Shown here in pieces: positions 28,094 through 38,639 of a stretch of 64,000 nt of DNA. The translations under genes were made by a program, and so were the position numbers. Each line of letters starts with the position of its first letter. The stretch's first letter is position 1. The DNA is from Thermoplasmata archaeon (GTDB lineage Archaea > Thermoplasmatota > E2 > DHVEG-1). The stretch covers positions 52,674 to 116,673 of the forward strand of contig JADBLO010000072.1 in the NCBI GenBank assembly GCA_014894395.1. Reading direction: 5' to 3'. Below the pieces are notes generated by a model. That model saw only the letters and a list, made by a program, of their open reading frames with translations, did no database searches and was not told the origin of the DNA.

Positions 28094-29527
28094 ATGTGCG
28101 GTATCATCGGTATTATTGGGGGACGGCCTGTTTCACATCTTATCTATCATAGTTTATTTACAATCCAGCATAGAGGCCAATCATCAGCCGGTATGCTTAC
28201 CTATGATGGGAACATCCATGTCACAAAAGACGCTGGCCTTGTGCGAGATGTTTTTAACGAGGAGAAGAAAATCAATAAACCAGGAAACATCGGGATCGGC
28301 CATACCCGGTATTCAACCGCTGGTATGGATGACGAAGAATCATTAAAAAAGAATGCGCAACCAGAATATCTAGTAAATCCCTTTTTAGCGGCGGTTCACA
28401 ATGGAAATATTTTCAATTGTCCTGAACTTTCGAACAGTACGGAGAGAAAACCACGCACTGATTGCGACATTCAATGGCTCCTGCTTCCCATAGCTGATGA
28501 ACTCTATAAAAAAGAACTAAGCCCGGAAGTAATCTTTTCCGCATGCGAACATGTCATGCAAAAAGCAAAGGGGAGCTACTCGGTCTTATATATCGCCGAT
28601 TCAGGGGATAAACCGTATCTGTTCGCTATGACTGACCCTCGAAAGATTCGGCCGCTTGCCCTTGGAAAAGCAAACGGAACCTATTGTCTCGCATCAGAGA
28701 CACGGGTTTTTAAAAAAATTAATTTTGAGTATGTGAAAGATATCCCTGGTGGCTCTGTCATTGTCATTGATCCAAAAGGAAATATCTATGAAAAGCAAAT
28801 CATAAAAAAACAGGAACTTCCGTGTATGTTCGAATTTGTGTACTTTGCAAAACCTGATTCACGTATCAACGGACGATCCATTCACACGACTCGTCAGGAG
28901 ATCGGGCGTTTACTTGCACAAGAACAACCGGCGGAGGCAGACCTTGTGATACCGGTCCCTGAATCAGGGAGACGATATGCAATCGGTTATTCACGGGAAT
29001 CTGGTATTCCTCTTGATGAAGGAATCATGAAGGATAAAGATGAACGATCATTCATTCAACAAACACAGGAGCATCGAGAGAAAGTAGTAGAGGAAGGACT
29101 GTCATTTCTCCGTGCCGTCCTGGAGGATAAACGAGTTGTACTGTTGGATGATTCGATTGTTCGTGGAACAAATATCCGCAAGATCATTCGAGGAATGAAA
29201 AACGTTGGGGTAAAAGAAGTACATGTGAGGATTGGGTGCCCACCTCTTATCGCACCGTGCTATCTTGGTATTGACATGCGCAGTAAAAAAGAGTTTATCG
29301 CGCGAAAAAGCGACGGCAATATCAAGTCATGGGATCAGATTGCACAGGAAATCGAAGCCGATTCTCTTGGTTACATCAGCATTGAAGGATTAAAGAAAGC
29401 AATCGGATTTGATGTCTGTCAAGGATGCATTGACTTCCCAGAGGGATACCCCCCAGAAATGCGGGATGATGTGAAAAAACTCTTTAAAAACGATAAAAAA
29501 GGGATGCGCGCATACGAGTGCAAATAA
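28094..29527 (+). CDS. purF: Amidophosphoribosyltransferase
   Basis: MCGIIG (Cys nucleophile), QHRGQ, GIGHTRYSTAG, HNGNI, CMFEFVYF, VPESG, LLDDSIVRGT, CYLGID. Confidence 0.93.
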   Translation: MCGIIGIIGGRPVSHLIYHSLFTIQHRGQSSAGMLTYDGNIHVTKDAGLVRDVFNEEKKINKPGNIGIGHTRYSTAGMDDEESLKKNAQPEYLVNPFLAAVHNGNIFNCPELSNSTERKPRTDCDIQWLLLPIADELYKKELSPEVIFSACEHVMQKAKGSYSVLYIADSGDKPYLFAMTDPRKIRPLALGKANGTYCLASETRVFKKINFEYVKDIPGGSVIVIDPKGNIYEKQIIKKQELPCMFEFVYFAKPDSRINGRSIHTTRQEIGRLLAQEQPAEADLVIPVPESGRRYAIGYSRESGIPLDEGIMKDKDERSFIQQTQEHREKVVEEGLSFLRAVLEDKRVVLLDDSIVRGTNIRKIIRGMKNVGVKEVHVRIGCPPLIAPCYLGIDMRSKKEFIARKSDGNIKSWDQIAQEIEADSLGYISIEGLKKAIGFDVCQGCIDFPEGYPPEMRDDVKKLFKNDKKGMRAYECK

Positions 29528-29542
29528 ATTCATGGCCATCGT

Positions 29543-29851
29543 ATGATAGAAATTACCATAGGATCGCTAGAGGAACAAATCATCAAGTTGTTGCAGAAAA
29601 AGTACCCTATCACAACCTTCGAACTTGCTTCGAAACTCCGGGTTTCACGAAAAGAAATTGAATGGGTTTTACAAAAATTTCAAATTAAAGGGATCGCAAA
29701 ACTCGATCCACTTCCAGATAAAACATACGTTAGATTATTACGAAATGATTTTCAGTTTGTCGGGCCGAGACATCAAAGAAAAATAATGAAACATAGCACT
29801 AAGAAAAAAAAAGAGGATGACGGGGACTACGACGGTATCATGTATTCCTAG
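29543..29851 (+). CDS. Small winged-helix DNA-binding protein
   Basis: EEQIIKLL...ITTFELASKLRVSRKEIEWVL..F..KG HTH pattern with a basic/acidic tail. Confidence 0.75.
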   Translation: MIEITIGSLEEQIIKLLQKKYPITTFELASKLRVSRKEIEWVLQKFQIKGIAKLDPLPDKTYVRLLRNDFQFVGPRHQRKIMKHSTKKKKEDDGDYDGIMYS

Positions 29852-29945
29852 AGGAAAACCAGGGGAGAAAGAAAGATAAACTGTACACTGTTTTGGATTA
29901 TCATTTCATTTGTACAGCATTGCTTAGAAGGTGGAAGGTGGAGCA

Positions 29946-31655
29946 ATGGAGACATCAACAGTAGAAATAACAGCAGAGACAAATAATACGATGAGGCCGA
30001 CAGGAAAACCAAAAATCGCGTATTTTTCCATGGAAATCGGTATCGATGAACATATTCCGACCTACAGCGGTGGTCTTGGGATCCTTGCGGGAGATACTTT
30101 GAAATCATGTGCGGATCTAAATGTACCGATTGTCGGGGTAACACTCCTTTCTGAGAAGGGATACTTCTATCAAGAAATCGATGTGGATGGGAATCAAATC
30201 GAGCTTCCGTATAATTTTAACATCAATGATTTCCTCAAGCTTCTGCCGAGTAAGACGTGTGTGAAAATTGAAGGGAGAGACGTCAACATTCATACTTGGT
30301 ACTATCCAGTACAAGGGACAGGTGGCTATATCGTTCCCGTGTTTTTCCTTGATACCAATATCGAGGGGAATTCAAATTATGATAGAGAAATTACCAAGTA
30401 TCTCTACGGGGGAGATAACAAATATCGACTTGCACAAGAGATCGTCTTGGGTATCGGTGGTGTTCGCGCGATAGAATCGTTAGGGTATCGAACCATTGAT
30501 AAGTATCATATGAACGAAGGGCATGCTGCGCTCGGTACTCTTGAGCTGTATGATCAAATGAAAGACGTGGAGAAAGTCAGAGAGCAATGTGTGTTTACGA
30601 CACATACTCCAGTTGCCGCAGGGCATGACCAGTTTGATGTGCCTCTTGCAAAATCGATGATCGGAGATTTAATTCCTGAGTCTCTGATGCACGAGTTCAC
30701 CTTTGAGAATAAGTTAAATATGACCAGGCTTGCGCTCTTTTTCAGCCACTATGTGAACGGTGTTGCGAAGAAACATGGGGAAGTATCACGATTGATGTTC
30801 CCTGGTTATACAATCGATTCGATTACAAATGGTGTACATACACCGACATGGGTTTCTGAACCGTTCCAACGTGTGTTTGATAAGTACCTTCCAGGGTGGC
30901 GTTCTGATCCGTACATGTTCCGGGCAGCGTTTGGCATCGATAAAGCAGATATCTGGGCGGCTCACATGGAAGCAAAAAAGAAGCTTATTGATTTTGTGAA
31001 CAACAGGTATAACGTGGGGATGAACTATGATCATTTTACGATCGGTTTTGCCCGCAGACAGACCGCGTACAAGCGACCAGAGTTGTTGATCTCTGATGCG
31101 CAACGGCTTATGAGTATAGCGGAAAAAGCAGGACCGATTCAGATCATTTACGCCGGGAAAGCGCACCCGAAAGACGGTTCTGGAAAAGATACGATTAAGA
31201 GGATTTTTTCAGCGATGAAGAACATCCATGGGAACGTAAAAATGGCGTACATCCATAACTATGATATGGCGATCGGAAAACTCATGACCGCTGGTGTTGA
31301 CGTCTGGTTGAACACACCGCGACGACCGCAGGAAGCCTCTGGAACCTCAGGAATGAAAGCAGCACATAACGGCGTGCCTCAGTTGAGCACCCTTGACGGC
31401 TGGTGGATCGAGGGTCGTGTAGAAAACATCACGGGGTGGGCGATTGGTACAAGAAAATCAAATGAGCGGGAGTCTGACGATGATAACGATCGGAACGACC
31501 TGTATAATAAACTTGAGACATTAATCATTCCGAAGTTCTACAACGACCGGGATAACTGGATACGAACAATGCGGAGCTGTATTGCAATTAATGCATCATT
31601 TTTCAATACGAACAGGATGATTGAGCAGTACGTGTTAAACGCCTATTTCATGTAA
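29946..31655 (+). CDS. glgP: Alpha-glucan phosphorylase (GT35)
   Basis: YFSMEIG, YSGGLGILAGD, HMNEGH, FTTHTPVAAGHD, FARRQTAYKR, EASGTSGMKA, DGWWIEG. Confidence 0.96.
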   Translation: METSTVEITAETNNTMRPTGKPKIAYFSMEIGIDEHIPTYSGGLGILAGDTLKSCADLNVPIVGVTLLSEKGYFYQEIDVDGNQIELPYNFNINDFLKLLPSKTCVKIEGRDVNIHTWYYPVQGTGGYIVPVFFLDTNIEGNSNYDREITKYLYGGDNKYRLAQEIVLGIGGVRAIESLGYRTIDKYHMNEGHAALGTLELYDQMKDVEKVREQCVFTTHTPVAAGHDQFDVPLAKSMIGDLIPESLMHEFTFENKLNMTRLALFFSHYVNGVAKKHGEVSRLMFPGYTIDSITNGVHTPTWVSEPFQRVFDKYLPGWRSDPYMFRAAFGIDKADIWAAHMEAKKKLIDFVNNRYNVGMNYDHFTIGFARRQTAYKRPELLISDAQRLMSIAEKAGPIQIIYAGKAHPKDGSGKDTIKRIFSAMKNIHGNVKMAYIHNYDMAIGKLMTAGVDVWLNTPRRPQEASGTSGMKAAHNGVPQLSTLDGWWIEGRVENITGWAIGTRKSNERESDDDNDRNDLYNKLETLIIPKFYNDRDNWIRTMRSCIAINASFFNTNRMIEQYVLNAYFM

Positions 31656-33497
31656 AAGAAGAGACTCGTATTTTGGTGTGATGTTCTCGACATCTTCCAC
31701 CCAGGCACGTAGTATTTCTGCGACACTCCATGCTTGAGTGATGCATCCCTGGGGCGCATAGGGTGGATCTCCATCGAAGATCTCATAAATCGAACCATCC
31801 CAGAGGTTGCCGTACACGTCAATCATAGGTTGTAAGAAATTTTGAAACGCATACCGTCTTTGTGCGGGTTCATGGTCTTTTACTTTCACGAATGCCTTGA
31901 TGAACGGTCCCATCAACCACGGCCAGACCGTCCCGTTGTGGTAGGCAAGATCCTTGTTATGATTCCCAAGATAGTTTCCTTTATATCGGGAGTCCTGAGG
32001 AGAAAGCGTCCTTAAACCAAAGAGAGTGACCAACGTCTTCTGCACCTCAGCAACAATCTGCTCCTGCATATGTTTTTCAATAAGGGAAAAATCAAGAGAG
32101 ACAAGGAAAATCTGATTTGGCCGCATCGAGAGATCCTTAGTGTCAATAACATCGTACGGGCGGTCATACTGACGCCTGAAACTGTCTTTGACGTTTCCGG
32201 CCAACTCGCTATACTGATCGTTTTTTCCTAAAAGAGTTGAAAGGGTGCTCATGATTTGCAAGGCGTTATACCATAGGGCTTGGATTTCCACGGCTTTCTT
32301 TGATCGTGGTGTTGCATAATAATCCCCAAGTTTGACATCCATCCAGGTAAGTCCTTCGCCATGGCTGATGAGGAAATCATTGTCCATGTGGATGTCATAG
32401 TCTGTGCCTTTTTTGTATCCCTCAATAATTGATTGCAATGTCGGCCAGAGTTTCTCAGCAAGGCTCAAGTCATTAGTATATTTGAGGTATTGGTAGACGC
32501 GATCCACATACCACAGTGACGCATCCACGGTGTTGTACACTGGTTGAGAATCTCGCTCTGCAAACACATTAGGAATTAATCCATTCTTACAGTATTTGCC
32601 AAAGCTTTGCAGGATTTGTTTCGCATCATCGAACCGCTTAGTCACCAGGGTGATTCCTGGGAGTGCTATCAGGGTGTCACGCCCCCAGTCGCTAAACCAA
32701 TGGTAGCCTGCAACGATTGATTTTCCCGTACCTTTTTTTACGATAAAGGTATCGGTTGATAACACAAGTTTGTCGCATGCGCGGGGAAGCAGTGCCTGCG
32801 TAAGTAACTGTTGTTTCCGTTGCATTTCTCGGTCGTAGATATGTGAGGGGTCATCCAGCAGTTCATCTTCGATGGTGAAGAGCAGATAGTATTCACCAGA
32901 TTTTTTAAGAGGTATCTGAAATTCACCGATATGAAAATTATGGTCTCTCCAGGAATCGTTCCGCTCTCGATCTTTTTTATAGTAGAACTCTTCCCAGTAT
33001 CCATCTGGTATATAACAAGAGTTTTTCAGGAACATTTTGAGTGTTTTGTTGATGTTACTGGGTCTGACGACCACACCCTCATCCACAACATCTTGAGAAA
33101 ATGAAGCAGAACCAGGTGAGGTCATGTCGTAGAAATGCCGAGAGTTAACCACAGGAATATGAGAAAGAACCAGTGGTTTATTTGTTTCAATCGCGTATTT
33201 GATGATTGTCGTGTTTTTTCCATGCTCCATGAAAAAGGTTTTTTTGAGCCTTACTCCGTCAATGTCGTATACGAGTGAGGGGAAGAAATCAAACACGAAT
33301 TTACATTTGTGGCCCTTAAGGGGATACACGCGATCTTTGATCTGTATTCTGTCGGTGACGTTGGAGACAAACATCCATCGTTTTGTCGGCGGCTCTAAAC
33401 TAGCTGCGAGCAATCCATGGAACTTACTTGTCGTCTCACCAGAATGAGTTAAGGATGCGTAGCTACCGAGACCGTTCGTCACAATCCATTCTCGCAT
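31635..33497 (-). CDS. Glycogen debranching enzyme, archaeal type (amylo-alpha-1,6-glucosidase)
   Basis: EWIVTNGLGSYAS, AGYHWFSDWGRDT, YNTVDASLW, TWMD, RPNQ, YHNGTVWPW, QAWSVAE. Confidence 0.93.
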   Translation of the reverse strand: MREWIVTNGLGSYASLTHSGETTSKFHGLLAASLEPPTKRWMFVSNVTDRIQIKDRVYPLKGHKCKFVFDFFPSLVYDIDGVRLKKTFFMEHGKNTTIIKYAIETNKPLVLSHIPVVNSRHFYDMTSPGSASFSQDVVDEGVVVRPSNINKTLKMFLKNSCYIPDGYWEEFYYKKDRERNDSWRDHNFHIGEFQIPLKKSGEYYLLFTIEDELLDDPSHIYDREMQRKQQLLTQALLPRACDKLVLSTDTFIVKKGTGKSIVAGYHWFSDWGRDTLIALPGITLVTKRFDDAKQILQSFGKYCKNGLIPNVFAERDSQPVYNTVDASLWYVDRVYQYLKYTNDLSLAEKLWPTLQSIIEGYKKGTDYDIHMDNDFLISHGEGLTWMDVKLGDYYATPRSKKAVEIQALWYNALQIMSTLSTLLGKNDQYSELAGNVKDSFRRQYDRPYDVIDTKDLSMRPNQIFLVSLDFSLIEKHMQEQIVAEVQKTLVTLFGLRTLSPQDSRYKGNYLGNHNKDLAYHNGTVWPWLMGPFIKAFVKVKDHEPAQRRYAFQNFLQPMIDVYGNLWDGSIYEIFDGDPPYAPQGCITQAWSVAEILRAWVEDVENITPKYESLLLHEIGV

Positions 33498-33542
33498 ATA
33501 TGCCTCCTCACTACACGTGTAAACGGATACTATTGAAAAAAC

Positions 33543-34787
33543 TTATCGTAAAAATTCTTTGTAAATATCAAGGGTTCGTCGAGTGACCGCATCCCAGCTG
33601 AATTCTTCTAAGACTCGTTGTCTCCCGTTTTTCCCCAGCTGGAGTCCTTTGTCCGGTAATTGAAGAACTTGTATGATCCCCCATGCGACGTCCTTAGGCT
33701 CAAAGGGGTTGATGTGGATGCCGCATTGTTTTTCTCCAGAAGGGATGATTTGTTCCCGCATCCCATTGGTTCCTCGTGCGCCAACAACCGTCGGTTTTGC
33801 CATGGACATTGCTTCGGTGCATACGATTCCAAATGGTTCATAAAGTGAGGGGAGTACGACTATGTCTGCTGCTGCGTAATGCCGGATTCTTTCTTCTTCA
33901 CTAACGAATTCTGTTCTGAAAATCACCCGGTCATGTATGCCTAAGCCATCGGCGGTCGATCGCAGTTCATCCTCCATATCTCCTATGCCGAGAATCAGTA
34001 ATTTCGTGTTCGGGAAATCCTTGAGTATCTGGGGCATTGCTCGAACAAGTCTGTCTGCTCCTTTTACGGTGACGAGGCGACCAATGAAAAACAATAATGT
34101 TTCGTGGTCTTGGACGCCGTATCTTCTCCTTTGAGCGAGGCGGTCTTCATTTGAAATCTTTGTCGGGTCGTATTTTGCAGGGTCGACGCCGTTCCAACAC
34201 GGTCGGATTTTATCTTGGGGAAATCCAAGTTTTAGGAGCTCGTCTGCCATCGCGTTGGAAACGGTGATGACGCAATCCGCGACTTGACCTCCTTCAAATT
34301 CAATGTCTTTTATGGTATGGGATCCTCGTCCTATGGATCGTCCAACTTCTGTAGAGTGTACATGGAACACTAATGGAATGTTCAATTCTTTTTTAGCCAC
34401 CATTCCTCCCATGATTCCGAGCCAGTCATGTGCGTCAATGATAGTAAATGACCGCCCATTCTTCCGAACGAGTGAGTTTACAAGCTGCGACGCAGACATG
34501 ATATTGTAGCTTAAGACGTCAGCAAAAAACTTGAAGTTCGGCCCCCACGAACGGAGTTCATGATCTGCGCAGAGGTAAAATGGTTTGCTGAGATCAAGTG
34601 TTTTCGGTCTGTACACCTCTACGCCATCGATCTGATCAGAGGTAGCAAGAGCATTATCCCTGTTAAGGGTAAAAACAGTGACTTCGTGTTCAAGTTCTAT
34701 TTGCTTTTTTGTAATCTCGGTGGCAAATGTACCAAGTCCACCGTAGATAACTGGGGGATACTCCCAGGAAAAATGCACAATCTTCAT
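33543..34787 (-). CDS. GT4 glycosyltransferase (probable glycogen synthase-like)
   Basis: SWEYPP...GGLG, AHDWL, HSTE, FIGRL..KG, PSLYEPFGIV..EAM. Confidence 0.88.
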   Translation of the reverse strand: MKIVHFSWEYPPVIYGGLGTFATEITKKQIELEHEVTVFTLNRDNALATSDQIDGVEVYRPKTLDLSKPFYLCADHELRSWGPNFKFFADVLSYNIMSASQLVNSLVRKNGRSFTIIDAHDWLGIMGGMVAKKELNIPLVFHVHSTEVGRSIGRGSHTIKDIEFEGGQVADCVITVSNAMADELLKLGFPQDKIRPCWNGVDPAKYDPTKISNEDRLAQRRRYGVQDHETLLFFIGRLVTVKGADRLVRAMPQILKDFPNTKLLILGIGDMEDELRSTADGLGIHDRVIFRTEFVSEEERIRHYAAADIVVLPSLYEPFGIVCTEAMSMAKPTVVGARGTNGMREQIIPSGEKQCGIHINPFEPKDVAWGIIQVLQLPDKGLQLGKNGRQRVLEEFSWDAVTRRTLDIYKEFLR

Positions 34788-34803
34788 GATGTGTTACGTC
34801 TCC

Positions 34804-35994
34804 TCACCGTGATTCAGCTTTTTCCTTCAAGTCTTGTAAGATGTTCATGTAGTTAATAAAACCATCATAGGGGATGTCATACGGACTGAAATATGCGTGG
34901 ACATTGCCGTCTTCAAAGCCTTTGGTTGAAATGTAGTAGAGGTGATCTGATGTTTGAAGTAATCGCCAGATGTACAGGAGATCGCTATCTCCTTTCCTTT
35001 TGAGTTTTCGTCCGATATCTTTTAGTTCATTGAAACAAGCGATCTGCATGTCGTTCCCAAGCCATGTCGAGACATTTCTGTCTTCGTCTGCCCAGGAGAT
35101 CGCCCAGGGGGAGTCGATGTCGCCGACCGCGTTGTACCGCTCGACTGCTTCACTCACGGTAGCAAAATCAAGGTTATCATGTTTCAGTACTTCACCAGGG
35201 AGGTGTTTGAGGAATTCAAAGATCCCTGTTTCTACCCATTGGTGCTCCCCGAAGGTTTCGTAATCCATGAAAAGGTTAATGACGTCGCCAAACGAGTTGG
35301 ACATCCAGTTCGCGTATTTATCCGCGGTAAGGGGGAACCCGGGCCAGTTGCGTGCAGAAAATCGGAACCCAACATCATCACTGAGTTTGTAGTTGCGCAA
35401 GAGGACTTTGAGGTTTGCGTTTACTGGTTTGTAGACGAAGTTTGGTGAACGCCATCCCAGGATTTTTTCCGCTCCTTCGGTGATAATGCCTTTATACCCG
35501 AGGTCTGCAATTTTTTGTGCGATCCTATTATCGTAGATTGCCTCGGTGTTTCGAAACACTTTTGGTTTGTAGTTGAAGATCCGTTTGATCATCTGCCGAT
35601 GCATTTTGACTTGATCCTCAAACTCATCAAGATCATCGTAGAGTCCAGAGAGAGAATGAAAATAGGTCTCCTCTATGAGGTCAACAGCACCGGTTTTGAA
35701 TAATTCCTTGAAACTATCAAGAAGTTCCGGGAGGTACTTCTCACAGTATTCAACGAACGTTCCGGTAAGACTATAGGATATTCGGAATTTCCCATCGTAT
35801 TTGCGAATCAAATCAAGGAATAGATTATTGGTAGGGAGATAACATTTCTTTGCCACTTTTTCAAAAATCTTTTGGTTAAGATGCTGATTAAAATAAGTGG
35901 AATGGAAATCTCTTGTGTTTCCAATATTAAATACCGAGAAATGATTTAATCTGAATGGTTGGTGTACTTCGAAGTAGAAACATATGGATGGCAT
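34804..35994 (-). CDS. GH57 alpha-amylase/4-alpha-glucanotransferase family
   Basis: YFEVHQP, CYLPTN, ETYFHSL, RNTE (nucleophile), LSDD, MDYETFGEHQ, SWAD, QTSDHLYY. Confidence 0.93.
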   Translation of the reverse strand: MPSICFYFEVHQPFRLNHFSVFNIGNTRDFHSTYFNQHLNQKIFEKVAKKCYLPTNNLFLDLIRKYDGKFRISYSLTGTFVEYCEKYLPELLDSFKELFKTGAVDLIEETYFHSLSGLYDDLDEFEDQVKMHRQMIKRIFNYKPKVFRNTEAIYDNRIAQKIADLGYKGIITEGAEKILGWRSPNFVYKPVNANLKVLLRNYKLSDDVGFRFSARNWPGFPLTADKYANWMSNSFGDVINLFMDYETFGEHQWVETGIFEFLKHLPGEVLKHDNLDFATVSEAVERYNAVGDIDSPWAISWADEDRNVSTWLGNDMQIACFNELKDIGRKLKRKGDSDLLYIWRLLQTSDHLYYISTKGFEDGNVHAYFSPYDIPYDGFINYMNILQDLKEKAESR

Positions 35995-35995
35995 A

Positions 35996-37105
35996 TTAGG
36001 CTAGGCCCCTGTAGACGTCAAGCGTCCGTTCTGCGACGCGGTCCCAGGTAAATAATTGTATCTCCCTTTTTGAACTTTGCCTCATGGCATCCCGCAAGGA
36101 ATCATACCGTAAAAGCGCGATAATTTTGTTTGCCATCTCATCGGTATCCCAGAAGTCGACCTTGAAGCAATTCTTCAGTACCTCCGAGACGCCAGCGCTT
36201 TTTGACACAATTGTTGGCGTTCCTGCAGAGATCGCTTCAAGAGCGGTGATACCAAACGGTTCGCTGACCGATGGCATGACGTAGATGCTTGAGATTTTAT
36301 AGATATGTTGGACTTCTTCCTCCGTCAGTTTTCCCGTAAAAATGACTTTATTTGATATCCCCATGTGAACAGCTTGTTCAATTAAGCGAGGAAGCAGATC
36401 TCCAGCTCCTGCAATGACAAAACGAGCATCTTCAAACTCTAACACCTTTTTTGCAGCTTTCAGGAAGAACTCCGGGCCTTTCTGTATCGTCAGTCTCCCC
36501 AAGAACAGGATAAGATTTCGTTTCTCCCCCTCCCCAATGGGATAGACTGCATTGTGGACCACGGTGATTTTATCCGGGTGTATACCGTATTTCTCAACAA
36601 TGACTCGTTTGGTGAACTCACTGACTGCGATGATACGGTCTGCTTTCTGCATGCCTTCTCGTTCGATATCGACGAACCATTGGTTTGGATAGATCCAACC
36701 CGATCGGTCATACTCAGTTGAGTGAATCGTTAGAACAAGAGGAATACCCATCTTTTCTTTCAGGGCTACCGCTGCTTTCATAGTGAGCCAGTCATGACAG
36801 TGTATCAAATCGTATTTCCCTTTGACCCTCTGAACTAACAAATCATTGTATCGATAGACCGCATCAAAGAATTTCCCGCCAAGTTCTTTATCATCGGGTC
36901 GGTCGTACGGATATACTTCGGTTTCTCCCACTTCAATGATATTAATATTCTTGTTATCACTCTTGACTTTTTGTCTGAGCTTCGGCATGTAGAAGTCTAT
37001 GTGAACGTTTTTATCGGCAAGTCCATGGGTCAACCCGTAACAGTGGGTACCTAAGCCGCCCACTTTAAATGGTGGGTATTCCCAGCCGATCATTGCGATT
37101 TTCAT
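35996..37105 (-). CDS. GT4 glycosyltransferase
   Basis: GWEYPP...GGLG, HCHDWLT, HSTEYDR, LGRLTIQKGP, PSVSEPFGI..LEA. Confidence 0.9.
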   Translation of the reverse strand: MKIAMIGWEYPPFKVGGLGTHCYGLTHGLADKNVHIDFYMPKLRQKVKSDNKNINIIEVGETEVYPYDRPDDKELGGKFFDAVYRYNDLLVQRVKGKYDLIHCHDWLTMKAAVALKEKMGIPLVLTIHSTEYDRSGWIYPNQWFVDIEREGMQKADRIIAVSEFTKRVIVEKYGIHPDKITVVHNAVYPIGEGEKRNLILFLGRLTIQKGPEFFLKAAKKVLEFEDARFVIAGAGDLLPRLIEQAVHMGISNKVIFTGKLTEEEVQHIYKISSIYVMPSVSEPFGITALEAISAGTPTIVSKSAGVSEVLKNCFKVDFWDTDEMANKIIALLRYDSLRDAMRQSSKREIQLFTWDRVAERTLDVYRGLA

Positions 37106-37453
37106 TCCTCTGCTTCCTCACCAATGACACATTTTGTGTTTACTAATAATTTCTACTCCCAAGTATCTTCGTAAATTCATCGAGATTACACGGTAATTGA
37201 AATTTTTTTGATTTGATTTGCGATTTTTAACCGTAAAACCTACCTCATAGCTATAAGCTTTTCGTTTTTATTCGAATCCTTTTCATTTTCTCAAATGAAA
37301 TTAAGATTTTTCCTCCGAAGTTTATAAAGACTATCCTATTTTCTATTTGTTGATGGTATGCTTTTTTGGAATATAATAGTATCTGAGAAAACTTGTAAAA
37401 AAGAAGGTTATACGTGGACATATGTTTAGTATAAATTGTTCGAATTGTTGTTA

Positions 37454-37615
37454 CTACAAATAGTTTTTGTCGCTGTCACCCAACACAAAACAATATGGTG
37501 CATTGGGTGTGGTGACACAACACTCTCCACAGTAAGCAGCAGTGGGAGAATGCTGCAACGCTTCTCGCGACATCTTTATGATATCGTGGTTATCCTCTTT
37601 TTCATCTCTTGACAT
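37454..37615 (-). CDS. Putative 53-aa Cys-containing small protein or pseudogene remnant
   Basis: Below ORF-track cutoff. MSRDEKEDNHDIIKMSREALQHSPTAAYCGECCVTTPNAPYCFVLGDSDKNYL, double stop TAG TAA, same strand as both neighbours. Confidence 0.35.
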   Translation of the reverse strand: MSRDEKEDNHDIIKMSREALQHSPTAAYCGECCVTTPNAPYCFVLGDSDKNYL

Positions 37616-37762
37616 TTCGTCTGCCTGATCGAACAGGGACCCTAATCGATATCAACTGTTACCTTGAACTTGCTTCTCCAATCATGTAGTCATGGAGATC
37701 TTCTTATCAAGGATAAAAAAACATACCGTCTCTGATTAATTAAGGTTTCGCTATCTTTGTTT

Positions 37763-38575
37763 TTATCGATATTTATTGATTTCATTGCGAACCGATTCTG
37801 CTTTCTTGCGGGATTGTTCTGCGAAATCCTGTTGTTCACCAGCAAAGATGATTTCCCGTGAGGAGTTAATAAGGGCCATTTCCCGTTGTGCATTTGTTCC
37901 GTTTCTCACTGTTGTCTCGACATCACCACCTTGTTTACCAACACCGGGGATGAGAATAGGGATGTGTTCCCCAAGGATAGTACGAACGGTTTTGAGTTCC
38001 TCCGGGTACGTTGCACCTACGACCGCACCACAATTATTATTCGTATTCCATTCCCGAATCTTCTTGGCGACGATTTGGTATAATGGCGTTGATGAGACAG
38101 TGAGATCTTGAAAATCACCTGCAGAGGGGTTCGAAGTCCGACACAAGATAAAACTACATTTGTCTTTATAGTCTAAAAACGGGGTGATGCCATCCTTCCC
38201 TAGATAGGGATTTACCGTTACCGCATCCGCCTTGAGAGTATCAAAGAGGGCTTGTGCGTATTTCTGGGCGGTATTGCCGATGTCATTGCGTTTCCCATCA
38301 AGGACGACGACGATGTTGTTGGGGATGTAACGTATGGTTTTTTCTAATGCTTCGATGCCTTTCTTTCCAACGACTTCATAAAACGCCATGTTCAGTTTGT
38401 ATGCACACACCAGGTCCTTGGTCGCATCAATAATCGCTTTGTTGAAATCAAACAGCGGATTTTTACTTGTTTCCAAGAGGAATTTTGGAATTTTTCCAAC
38501 ATCTGTATCGAGTCCAACACAAAGCAGGCTGTTGTTCTGGCTAGTAACATCCAACAGTTTTTGTCTCCAGTTCAT
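37763..38575 (-). CDS. pyrF: Orotidine-5'-phosphate decarboxylase
   Basis: LCVGLD, AYKLNMAFYE, LDGKRNDIGNT, RTSNP, GAVVGAT, IPGVGKQGG, NSSR. Confidence 0.96.
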   Translation of the reverse strand: MNWRQKLLDVTSQNNSLLCVGLDTDVGKIPKFLLETSKNPLFDFNKAIIDATKDLVCAYKLNMAFYEVVGKKGIEALEKTIRYIPNNIVVVLDGKRNDIGNTAQKYAQALFDTLKADAVTVNPYLGKDGITPFLDYKDKCSFILCRTSNPSAGDFQDLTVSSTPLYQIVAKKIREWNTNNNCGAVVGATYPEELKTVRTILGEHIPILIPGVGKQGGDVETTVRNGTNAQREMALINSSREIIFAGEQQDFAEQSRKKAESVRNEINKYR

Positions 38576-38639
38576 TCAATCCCCAGTTGAAATAGTATTT
38601 CGTCTATAAAAACTAGTGTTTCGTTAGCTATTTAACGTC

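Noticed and set aside
37640-37693. Selenoprotein interpretation of the two in-frame UGAs
   Set aside because: The UGAs are not in redox-motif context, no SECIS-like hairpin was recognised, and there are no Sec genes in the window; decay is more parsimonious.
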